The position numbers and the translations under genes are program-made. Of a DNA stretch of 64,000 nucleotides, positions 1-11,729 are shown piece after piece (the first letter of the stretch is position 1; every line of letters begins with the position of its first letter). The notes under the pieces are model-generated. The model was not told the DNA's origin and did no database searches. It was given only the letters and a program-made list of their open reading frames with translations. The stretch is from Schmidtea polychroa (lineage: Eukaryota), in NCBI GenBank assembly GCA_044892525.1, contig CM097887.1, positions 118,832,397 through 118,896,396 of the forward strand, written 5' to 3'.

Positions 1-326
1 GAAGTTATTTCATTTCATTTTATTTAAATCATTTGTGATTTTTATATTTTATTTTTAAATTGTTTTATTTTTTTCACAAATAAAAATGGTATCCTATAGG
101 GTTAAGGAAAATTTTATTTAATAATTAGAAGCTTGAATTTAATGTTTCTGTAAAACGATGTTCATAGATTTATTTCATGTCAAATTCAAAGACTTACGAA
201 AAACAATAAGTACCCTATTTGTAAGTTATTTCTACTTCCATTTACATTTCCAAAAAACTTGAATTATTTATTTGACCCGTTTATTATTACTGGAAAATGA
301 ATCGAGATGTGGATTTTATATTTCAG

Positions 327-3300
327 GTTACGAATTACTCTTTGATACCATATGGAAATAAGTTGAACACTCCATTAAATTTGCAAATCGCTGTTGAGAT
401 GAAAATCAAGCTTGACCGAAGACTTATGGTTATGGGGTTACGAGATAGTTCCGTTCAATTAACGGCCGAGTCTCAGTATTCAATACCAGTAACCCAACTG
501 AAATTTCATCCTGATCAAAAAGACTGTGTTGCAATGTCGGTTACAGAAATACCTCCGATAAATGGGAAAGTTCAAATTTGTTTGAACATTTTAATGGAGA
601 ACCGAGCTGAACTATTCGATAGTACACTTGTTCAAGTTGAACTTTATTTGGTATTTAGTTTCTGTTTGTGATGGACTTAAATGTATATGATTTAGAGAGG
701 TCGACTGATTGAATATGGACATTGTAAAATTAGAGTTGCTCCATATTATCATGCTTTAGGTGAGCCAGGGGATGCCCTTTTCATAACCGGTCCAGATACA
801 ACTAGGGCAAGTTTTTTAAGATGGGAATATCTTCTCAATTCATTAGGAATGATGACAATAGACTTTTGGGACATTGAACGATACAAAGGTCTTTCATTTT
901 TGCAAAATAGTGGATCAAGGCATGAGGTATAGTTTAANNNNNNNNNNNNNNNNNNNNNNNNNNNNNNNNNNNNNNNNNNNNNNNNNNNNNNNNNNNNNNN
1001 NNNNNNNNNNNNNNNNNNNNNNNNNNNNNNNNNNNNNNNNNNNNNNNNNNNNNNNNNNNNNNNNNNNNNNNNNNNNNNNNNNNNNNNNNNNNNNNNNNNN
1101 NNNNNNNNNNNNNNNNNNNNNNNNNNNNNNNNNNNNNNNNNNNNNNNNNNNNNNNNNNNNNNNNNNNNNNNNNNNNNNNNNNNNNNNNNNNNNNNNNNNN
1201 NNNNNNNNNNNNNNNNNNNNNNNNNNNNNNNNNNNNNNNNNNNNNNNNNNNNNNNNNNNNNNNNNNNNNNNNNNNNNNNNNNNNNNNNNNNNNNNNNNNN
1301 NNNNNNNNNNNNNNNNNNNTATGAAAATTAACTTTATTAAGAAATAATTTTCATATTTAATGAAAAATCTTGTTGATGTAAATTTGGAAGAAATTCAATT
1401 AGTTTAATTCTAATTTTATTGCTGATAAAATATTGGAAATAAATCGGAGAATAATTTCAAAAATTTGATTGTGAATTAATAAAAAGTAGTTAACATATTT
1501 CACTGATTTTATGTTATAATTAAATATTTTATCGAAAATCTTTCAAAAATATTTTCTTCAAATAAAATTATTATGATTGTAAAACAAAATTATCTTAAAA
1601 AGGTTGTAATTACTAGGAACATCTTGGAAATAGTCAAAATGGTATAATTAAAATATTGAAATGTTAACTTTTTAACATTTAAATCCTAACAGTTTGTATG
1701 TACATCAAGAATATGAGCTGTATAGAACTTGCAATGGGTTTAGTGGGAAATTCGGCACAGAGATGACGGGAAGTCTCTCCAATGTATGTGGCATTACACC
1801 CATTACATGTAAACTGATAAACGAGATCGGAACACAATTCAACCGGAGTTTTTGACTTATTAATAAACATATTGCGTACTTTCCATGAAGAGAGACTTCC
1901 CGTCATCTCTGTATTCGAGCTCGTGAACATTGTAGACCGAAGTCTTTGACCCATATTGGTGAGCACAATAAGGGCTGTAAGATTAAAATAGGTATGTCTG
2001 ATTTTAAAATTTTATTAAAAAACTTCGATAATTATTGGGAACGTGTGATTTGTGAGGCGTTGTTGATAAAATCATTGAATCCGAAAATTAATGTGCAGAA
2101 TGCAGTAAATACTTGTGTGTTGAGTGTTTTTAAATAAGCTTTTGTGTATTGTATGTATTGATTGTTGTGTTAAATTAAATAATTAATAAAAAATTTTTAA
2201 ATTATTAAATTAAAATTTTAAATGTTAAAGTTTTAAAAATAATATTTTTTATAAAATGAAAAAAAATTTTTTTTATATATAATTAAATTTGTTTAAAATC
2301 CTTTATTTAATGAGTATTATATCCCACCTGATGATGACAGAAAAACTGTCGAAATTAATCGTGAAAAAAATGTTTNNNNNNNNNNNNNNNNNNNNNNNNN
2401 NNNNNNNNNNNNNNNNNNNNNNNNNNNNNNNNNNNNNNNNNNNNNNNNNNNNNNNNNNNNNNNNNNNNNNNNNNNNNNNNNNNNNNNNNNNNNNNNNNNN
2501 NNNNNNNNNNNNNNNNNNNNNNNNNNNNNNNNNNNNNNNNNNNNNNNNNNNNNNTTACCTCCAAGTTCTCAGGAAAACATTTGTTAATTAAAATAATGAA
2601 ATTTATAAAATTGATAAAATAATTAATATACTAATTTTAACGAAAATTGATTATTTGCTAATCATAATTTGTTTGATTAATTAATACATATAATTGTTAA
2701 TTTATAAAAATTTAATTAATAATTTCATCTCCACTGTGTCATGAAATATTGTCAGGAAAAGAAATTTGATACATGATTTAATTAAATTCTTGTTTAAAAC
2801 CTCTAAAATATATCCTGTATATCTAGTAAATAATAAATTATTTTTGACTGCTATTAAAACAAGACATAAGGAAGATATTTATTTATTTGTTTAATTAATG
2901 AAAATAAATCAACATTTCTAATATTATTAGTACGCATGAATCTGATTGGTGTCTTATGTATTTCTCTAATTTTCAACGTTTATTAACATTTCTATTTTCC
3001 TATGCATACATTCTCTCTAGTTTCCTATTTCTCATAATCATATCTTTATTATTTCTCATCGAAGTTAGAAAACATTTGTGGAAGAAAAGATAATATCAAC
3101 AAATAGTACATGTATGCATTCTAGGGGCAGCACATAAATAATCCCATTCATTAAATATGTCTTTTTAGTTTCACTACTTAAAATTACTCAATGGCAATTT
3201 CCTATGGGGTCGGTCATTATTAACAGAAATTGTAGCTTAAATGACTTTTGAATCTTACTTGCCCGTGTATTTGGATCGGTTCCCTTTATTTCATTCAATG

Positions 3301-6300
3301 TAGAATCAATATTATATTTTATTTTAAAGTTGACCTCTTAGCCTAAAGTTCAAATTAAATTTTTTTCCGACAATTGTCTACTGAATATATTCGGTTGTAA
3401 TTATATGTGAACTCAAAGTTCAAGAACTTAAATTAATTCTGGATCGTGGAAAAATTTAATTTTCTTGTACCCGAGTTAACTCGGTTGAATGTATGAGTGA
3501 AAAAGTTCGACGTGAAATAAAAAAATAAAACTAGCATTACACAATATTTATGTTGCAATCGTCTGAGATTGCACTTTAAAGAACACATTTTTGATTACAG
3601 TAAGTCATCAACTTACGCGACTTCGTATTTACACGATTTAGAAATATTTGTATTTTTTATTTGGTTGCGCGCTTTATTTCTCGGTGCTTATGTTTATATG
3701 AAATATTATATTCATGAGAGGAATTCACCATCACGCAATTAAAGGCAGCATGTGCTTTTGCTTTATTTCTCCCTTTTCTCCGCACTTAATGCCATTTAGT
3801 ATTAATTTATATTACTTTTTATTTTTGTTGGGCTCAGATATTTTGTATCATGTTTATTATAAAAATACACCAAGGCGCAATTGATAGAACCCTTTCTTAC
3901 ATTTAATTCAACCCTATCAATGGTGATCTTGGTAAGTATGAAAGTAATTTTTTTTACTTTCTTATTTGTATTTTCATTATAAATTTTAAGTAATTTGAGA
4001 TTAAATTTCATTTATCTAATGTCGTATTAGGTGCAATCAATTGTGCTTTGGTGTTTAACCTTTAATCACGTCTAATGAAAAAGGAAGAACTTATATTACT
4101 ATGAAGACCAAAGTTAAAATTATGGAACAATAATAAAAAGGTAACAAGACGGTAAACATCGCAAAGGCTCATAAAATTTGTCATTTTACGATTAGAATAA
4201 TTATAGTTAATAAAGTTCCAATAAACCTTATGTACTTTCATGAAGAAAGCCTAGAGTCATTTTGAAGACCTAAAGAGTAGAAATAATAATAATGTTGATA
4301 CTCACGCATTTACTGAAAGCCACGGATGGTTTCAAAACTTTAAAGGCCATAATAAACTACACAACATCAAAGTTATAGGTGAGATTGCCGGTGCATATAC
4401 AGAGGAAATTCGAATTTTATCAAAAATCTAGCAGAAATCATAAAAAATGAGGATTGCCTACCACAAAAAATTATTAATGTCGAGAACTGGGTTATTTTGG
4501 GAAAAGAGCCAAATTGGTCATATATATATATAGGTCAAATCTATACAAGGTTTTAAGATATTCTAAAGATAGAATAACACTTTTATTTCTAATCACTTCT
4601 AATTTAATACAGTGAAAGCCAAAGGACCTTAAAGAATATTTCAAAATCACCAACACCTTTTATTTGGAAATCTAGTCGAAAAGCTTGGATAGCTCAAGAA
4701 ATTTTGAATTTGAGTTTCGTCATCATTTTATCGAAGAGATAAAATATTATTGCAAATAAAATAACGTATCATTTAAGATTTTACCGGATCATTCGCTTTG
4801 AGACTGTAATTAAAACGTAAATATAATGTGTCTCTCTCCAAATACAACTTTTATTATTCAACCAAATTATTGCCTATGGAACATATTTAAACCAGCAATT
4901 AAAGCTATAATAGAAAAAACGGCAAATGATTAACCCATATCTGGAAAGGGGATAACATTTATAGAGTAAATTCTGCGATGAGCAACGTATTGAATAAGCT
5001 CATACCCCAAATGATAGTATGTTAACTGGAGAAGTTGAAAATGTAGAAATTAACAAAGAATGGAGCCTAAATCTGGAAGAAAAGGGTTTCATCAATTAAA
5101 TCAATTCAATTTAAAGCTATTCAACGGAAATAAGCAACGACATTCTGAATGAAGACTCTTTTTGAGAAGAACATCGATTAAATGGACAACCGAAGCAATT
5201 CGAGACCATGACGATGGATGAATGTTTAAATATGATCCAGAATGGATTAACTAGCTTCGAAGCTCGACCTATATACAGAATGATTTGAGAAGTTTCAAGA
5301 GCAATGAATGATGTTATTGCATGTTATATTATCATTCACGAAGAAACGAAATGGCCTACAAGGCAAACATCACTAGACCAGTAGTTTAATTAGTAGTTTA
5401 ATAAGTAGTACACAGAAATTATTATGTATACGTGTATTTGAATAAATAATAAAGTTTTCTTAAATCTAAGGCCCATTTTATTTCACCTATCCTTTGAAAA
5501 TAACACATATTATTTTAAAAAATTTTGTTCGACTTCCGTGATTTTTCGATTTGTACCAAATCCCTCGGAACGAATTAATCTCATAAATCTAGGATTTACT
5601 GTATAAATCAATTTATATTTTGTTTATTTATTAACATTATTAAAACAAATTTAATTTAATAGTGATTTAATAGTGTTTTATCAAATCAATCTTTATAGGC
5701 GTATCGGATTTAATTGCTTGAGAAATAAAACCGAAACTTGTTTTTGCTTTCATTATTTAACGATGTAATAAATTTCACGGTTGAAAAAATCAACTGCCGG
5801 TTGCTAATAATTTCCATATCAAATAAAATTCGGCTCAATTAAATAAAAATTGAAAACTTTTGAGTAGAATTGGGATAATTTCCTGGGGCTAATATCAAAA
5901 AATACGAGAGTCATTGTCAGTGGGATAAATAATTTCGGGGGAAGCTTTTACATCAATCAATTTATAATATGGAAATAAATCACTAATGATGGGCCTTTGA
6001 ACTGTTACCAGACTCTTTCGATTGTTTTGTGGTTGATAATTATTGCCCATTTCGGAACAGTTAGAGACCCGTTTGTTTAATATAAATTATGAATAAATTA
6101 TTTTTACATATTGTTTTCCTTAATAAATTTGTATGCCACGAAACAAAAATTACTTAGATGTGTGGCGTCTTGAAAAGGTTTGTCCACAACTGTAGTAAAT
6201 AGATACATATACATTATACCATCATTTAACTGCAATTTTGCGACTAGGAAGCAAAAAAAACCATATAAAAAATTGCAATTGCAAAATGATGTTCATACAG

Positions 6301-9300
6301 TATTCGTTCACAGAATTAGGGAAAAGTTAGAAACTGGTTCACATGTCATGAAATCATTGCTGTTTGAGAAGTTCAGTTTATGTGAATGTAATTTATCAAT
6401 ACTGCAGCTTCTTGTGGTACTGTTTGAAGCAGTTGCGCTGATTATTGAACCACAGCCATGAGGTTCATTTTTAGCACGCCGTGTCATTGTAACTGGAAGG
6501 GTACAGGGCACAGCTTTCTTCTTCCAGTGTCTCACTGCATCCAGTTGGATATTTGGAGTTGGGCATTTAAGTGCCTACTTCAAGCAGACTGGTTTGTTTG
6601 TAATTTCATCCTTAACAGGATTTTTTTTTAATTTAACTATAGACCCTCATATTTCATTGCCATATTCATATCTATCCAAAATTCCAAATTTGATAAACAA
6701 TTTGTTCGATGCAACACTGATTTCAAAATAATTAACACAATTACCGTATATTTCGGCGTATAAGGAAACCGTCAAATAAGACGAGGTACAAAATTAGAGC
6801 AAATTTTTATGATTTATCATATATCGGTTTATCATATATGCATAAAAGTAGTATAAATACAACTACCTGTACTGTAATACTTTCTTTTATATCGGTTCTA
6901 TAAGACGACCCACAATTTTCAAGGGTGATTTTTTGACTTTAAGGGTCGTCTTATACGCCGAAATATACGGTAATTTAACAAAAATAAATTTTAAAAAATA
7001 AAGTCTCTTATTTTAGATTAGCAATTCTTTCCACAAATACATTTATCCATTTAATTGTAATAATTTTTCTGACTTCGCTTGGCCATTATGTTTATTGGGT
7101 TAAATTATTAGTTAATGATATGATAATCCTCTGCTACAAACTTCAAGTTTATTAAAAACATTTCTTTCAATTTGCCTAAGAAAATACTTTGAATATGAAT
7201 TTGAAAATTTTGATTTCTTTCATTTGAATTATCTGTTTTTTTATTGCATCTTGATTCAATTTCAAAATTAGAGTTTCTTTTGTTATTTTTTAAAAAAACT
7301 ATTTGTTTTGACAAATTTTTCTAGTTTAAGATTTTTTGTTGAAATTCCTACAGTCATTGTGAAAATTTTAAAACAGAACCGCATTAGAAAGTCATTTACC
7401 TAACCAAAATTTGAAGTCTTTATTTTTATTTTATAGTTTTTTATTTTTTTTATTTAAGTTTTATTCAAGAAATAACATTTATGATTTCAGTATTTGATCT
7501 TTCTGCATATTTAGACAAATGTTTGAATGTTAAATGGAATTTCATTGGTGTTCATTTCAAAAAGTTATCAGAATTAAAATTAATCTTTTATGATTTCAAT
7601 TTCAAAATCTCTACTACTCTCATAATTGAAAGATGAATTATTTTTTGAAGGTCAAAAGTTACAATTTGAAATGGCATTAAAATAGAATGAACAAAACTAG
7701 TTTATGCGTGATAAAGTTATATTAATTCAAATATTCAACTATACCCTCAAAACTAAAACAAAGTTACTTTATTTTCACTTTAATTTTTATATAATATTAA
7801 TTTAAATAATTTTAAAAATACAATGATTGAAAGTGTTTTTAACTTAATTTATTATTATTAAAAAACTAATTTATTATCTCATTTAAATATTTAATTCATT
7901 TAATTTAAATGATTTTATTAACATAATAAGCTCAATTGATAGAGTACAGGATGCATTATCAAAAGGAAAGATTTTACTATTTAAGTTTTAGTTTCATTTT
8001 TATGTTATTTTTATTTTATTTTTATTTCTTTTGTGATATATATGAAATAAATATTTAATATGTGTAACTTTTTTGATAAATAAATAATTTATTGAGTGAA
8101 ACATATTTCTTTTGTGGGGGTCCAAATTTTGAAGTTCCGCCATTATATAATGTGATCCTGAAGTTCAACTAAATCACATAGAAATCAAAAACGACACTCA
8201 ACAATAAACACTACACAAATAATTTGGGAGACTGCCTTATTACTTGATGAAAATTAATATCACTTATAAAGTTTTGTTTGATAAATTGTACCAAATGGGT
8301 TAAATAATAATATTTAAAGGTAACGTGGATTGATCGCTATAAAGGAAAAATGATAATTTTTCCTCATTACGAACCTCAGCAAATATCTGGATGGGATATC
8401 AGTTGCCATTTTGGTTTGAAAATTGACGATATCATAGAAAAGTCAGCTTTCCCAATTGAAGAGTCAAATAACAATGATAATGATGATGGGAAGTTCGAAT
8501 CATTTGATGATATTGACGATGAATGTTTCAACGAAAAGGATTCTTCGTTGGTCTTATTAACCGATAGTGCTGATCAAGAAATTGACAAAGCCATTTTGTT
8601 AGGGTGTTTGGGTTTATTGAAAGTGGAAGATAAAGCTGCGGAATATGGGGGATATCATTTATTTAATCCAGCTGGAGCTTGTTACAAAGTTGATGTTGCT
8701 GACAAGTTTTATACTTTTATTCTTATTATGACTTAATGTTTTGACAGGAAACTGTCAAAAATTTTATCGCATTTTAAAAAAAGATTTCCTGATCAAGTTT
8801 ATATTACATATGATCGTACTATTGAATATGAAATGGAAAATGGTCTTTATTGGAAATATGGGGAACTTGTTTTAAGACGATTGGGAATCGATCGAGATTC
8901 CCTATTGACATTATTTTGTGCCGGAGAGCAAAGAATGCTGGATATTACATGTCATCCGTCAGTGTTCGACTGGGTACCTGTTATCGGCCAGTGGGCCCAG
9001 GTTTATCTAGTTATTTTATCATTATTAGGAACTTCTCATCGATCTCATTTGATGAGTATGAATCCTAGCAAACCAGTTCTTATGCTTCCTTGGGGAGAAC
9101 AGTTATCAGTTCAATATGTTGCAGCTTTATCAATGCAACCTTATTTAAAGAATGAACTCAGTCCTCTAATGAAGGTTTCTTTTATAGACATTACAATATG
9201 TTTTATATTAACTACATATTTTCCCCAGTCCTGCTGGAGATTACAGTATTTAGCCAAAGATGTTGAGGTCCATGTCAGTTATTATAAAAATCAAGTTCCA

Positions 9301-10838
9301 ATTTTACTCTACAATGTTTACGACTATTTCCAAACATCTTCGTCTATTAACCTCAGCGGGAAAATACGCAATAAAATGAAAACCCTTATTACATCTATGG
9401 AGAAGCATCTGCTTGAATATTTTGTAAGTTCATTAAAAATATATATTCAGATTCTTTGTGTGTATGGAAAATTGAATTAAGGATATTCTTCATGATGCTA
9501 CCTTTTCACTCATAGGATGTAATTCTAGAATGATATTTTGGGAAGCCAAGCTTCCAATATTGGTTTTTTTAATCTGCAATTATCATTTTATCATATACTT
9601 TTACTTTGGTATGAAGCATCGACGAAATTTGTTCAAAAGACTTACAGTCTGAAATTTGTCTAGTACAGAATAACTGTATTATTCAAAACTCCTCGCGTTT
9701 CGGAACACTATTTTTTCGATCAAAGACATGGTGTTATACATCTTCAAATTTCTTATTATTGTATCATAAAGGTTGTCCTATAATGAATTTTGTATTAAAG
9801 TTTTACAATGAAATTCTTTGGTTTTATTCTAGTTGGGAAAAATGATCTCATGTTATTACAAAAGAGTATACAATTGATATAAAATTGTGCAATGGAATAA
9901 ATAAGCAAATTTGAATTTCAACAGACATACTTTTCTTTTGGTGAGATCTTTTTCCAGTTTCGCCCTTCTGATCCTCTGGAACGTATATGCAAATAACCTT
10001 TTATGGTTATTTTTACAAATTACTTTCTATTTTTACTGGTTCTTTTGTCTTGAAAATATATAATAGAATATAACAATGTGTAATAATATTAGATTGACGG
10101 GAAAATTCTGTCGCATTTTACCTTCTACAGATAATTTAAACTATCAGGGTAACTATTTTTATCAATTTAATGGACAATAATAATCAAGACAAAGATTATT
10201 ATTTAGCGTGCCTTTCGTGGAATATAAAAAAACTACTTTTATTACCCTTATTCACTAATTTTCGGCACTGCCTTTTTCAAGGAATTTTTATCAAAAAACA
10301 TCGATATGTTTATTGATTCATAATCAAACTTTTTTTTATGGTCACAATGTTCTCATTAATATATTACGAATATTTTAAAGTTTTCTTTTTAGTATAAATA
10401 AAATATTTTTAATTAACATAAACTGACTTTTCATTTATCAACCTTCTTGGCCCCCGAAATGTTTGGTGAAGAAAATATGGCCAGCGGGCTATGATAAGTT
10501 GAACAGCGCTGATATATATGATCAGAAAATAGTTTCAATGTTGTTCAATCTCATAATCATGAAGAGATTGGATCAAAATGATTATATTGTTTTTATCTTT
10601 GATTTATCTTTAATATTTCTTTTTAATTAAGGGAGCAAGAAACATGAAAATGTGGACAAGAGAGGCTAGAAAAATGCTAAGAAGTGGACCACCTCTGCGA
10701 TTTTGTGATTTAATTGATGAAAAGCTATTGTTTAATCCAACAAGAATTGATACAAAAAGTGAACTGATAGATTTATCAAAATATTTAAGCGCGGCCGAAT
10801 ATGCATTAATAGAATCGGTGAATTGTTTATCTCGATGA
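327..10838 (+). CDS. Uncharacterised multi-exon protein-coding gene, 5'-partial
   Basis: Phase-compatible GT-AG exons: 327-650, 696-926, 8320-8705, 8748-9174, 9229-9423, 9482-~9562, 10632-10838 (stop TGA). The frame reads through the junctions, e.g. ...DFWDIERYKGLSFLQNSGSRHE|VTWIDRYKGKMIIFPH... Introns are 42-58 bp, plus a 7.4-kb TE-filled intron (927-8319) and one of about 1.07 kb. No family motif recognised. Confidence 0.8.
1750..2363 (+). mobile_element. Penelope-like retroelement 3' remnant (GIY-YIG endonuclease) with inverted 5' segment
   Basis: The minus strand (1889->1750) encodes ...SDLVYQFTCNGCNATYIGETSRHLC. The plus strand from 1890 encodes ETSRHLCIRAREH...FKILLKNFDNYWERVICEALLIKSLNPKINVQ (stop 2137). 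Both match the PLE GIY-YIG pattern VY-x-C-x2-C-x3-YIGET...R-x2-EH...EA-x2-I. An AT-rich tail with a hammerhead motif follows. Confidence 0.85.
2325..2363 (+). ncRNA. Minimal type I hammerhead ribozyme motif (Penelope pLTR type)
   Basis: cac-CTGATGA-t-GACAG-aaaaa-CTGTC-GAA-ATTAAT-C-gtg. It has the conserved CUGANGA and GAAA boxes, a perfect 5-bp stem II, a palindromic stem III (ATTAAT), a UC cleavage site at 2360 and a 3-bp stem I (cac/gtg). It lies about 190 nt downstream of the PLE ORF stop. Confidence 0.7.
4070..5602 (+). mobile_element. Degenerate pogo/Tigger DNA transposon (CENP-B-like HTH + DDE_1 transposase remnant)
   Basis: Peptides FTESHGWFQNFKGHNKLHNIKVIGEIAGAYTE (~4309-4404), KDRITL and FIWKSSRKAWIAQEI, interrupted by many stops and frameshifts. 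The 3' end reads ...GGATTTACTG-TA (CAGTA-type TIR plus TA). Confidence 0.8.
6744..6970. mobile_element. Tc1/mariner (pogo-type) MITE, 227 bp
   Basis: Perfect 21-bp TIR (CCGTATATTTCGGCGTATAAG / CTTATACGCCGAAATATACGG) flanked by TA on both sides. Confidence 0.9.
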
Positions 10839-11469
10839 TGTACGAAATTCAAAATCATATTGAGAAAACAAAAACATAGATTGTAAAAGTAAAACAAATA
10901 GTATTATTCGGCGATGTTCCAGTGCAATTTAGCATCATCTGAATATAATTGTATATTTTTTCATGCTGTGAGATCTATATTGTATATGAGATTTTGATTA
11001 CTTTGTTTTAATGAAATAAATGATATTTTCGCAAGCTAAACTGTTTCAGGTCTCATGGGACATCGTATAATTTCTAGGAATTATTTACAGATTATTGCGG
11101 CAAATTTATATGATTTTCTAGGAATATATTTATCATATATTGGCAAGATAATCTCGGATTACGTGAGAATTTGTGATATGTTGAATTTTTTAAAAAACCT
11201 TTCTTCGTTTCTTCATTTATAATCTGTTTTTTATGTTTGACAATTAATATAATAAAAATAAAAGTAATAAATATGTCAGTAGCTTTCATGGGATTTTCAA
11301 TTTTTTATAGTCAACTTCTATCAATTTCTATATCTATATTGTAATTGAGGATATCCAGTGAGATCTTTGATTTGTTTCGCTTTGTCATAGTTTCACTTTT
11401 AAAAAAAACGTTCATCAATAATTTTGTATCAGTTTTATTTTTAATGAAAATATTCATTTTCTCTCATAG

Positions 11470-11690
11470 GAATTAGTTGTCAATGTTTTTATTCTTTGAC
11501 ATGTATCACACTTTTTGATATATGCCTGTTATAATATTTTTCAACTCATCTATAACATAATTCATTACTCTAAAGAAAATTACCCTTTTTGAACCGGTAT
11601 GGTACATACTGATGCACATATATTTTTTAAAGCTTCCTTTAGTTTCTCAAAATATCCATATCTTGTTTATTTCTCATTAATATTCCATTA
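11470..11690 (-). mobile_element. LTR-retrotransposon integrase zinc-binding (HHCC) remnant
   Basis: The minus strand gives YHTGSKR...IKKCDTCQRIKTL, resembling the H...C-x2-C integrase N-terminal motif. It is broken by stops and frameshifts. Confidence 0.45.
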
Positions 11691-11729
11691 TCTATTTTGA
11701 ATTTACTTTATTCACTTTCAATAACAAAG

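Noticed and set aside
297-326. ATG at 297 as the start of the first gene
   Set aside because: The segment ends in a pyrimidine-rich TTTTATATTTCAG acceptor, so it is more likely an intron 3' end, with the real start upstream of the window.
874-1347. ORFs spanning N-runs (also 2289-2591, 18921-19217, 29364-29697, 46475-46843 and the tail of 37392-37982)
   Set aside because: These are artefacts of translating through assembly gaps.
6470-6540. Acylphosphatase-like peptide RVIVTGRVQGTAFF on the plus strand
   Set aside because: It is too short, is preceded by a stop, and has no other acylphosphatase motif or splice context; probably chance.
7929-7960. tRNA A-box-like AGCTCAATTGATAGAG; also a B-box-like GGAATCGAAC at ~27905
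   Set aside because: Neither has a cloverleaf or a partner box. At most they are decayed SINE fragments.
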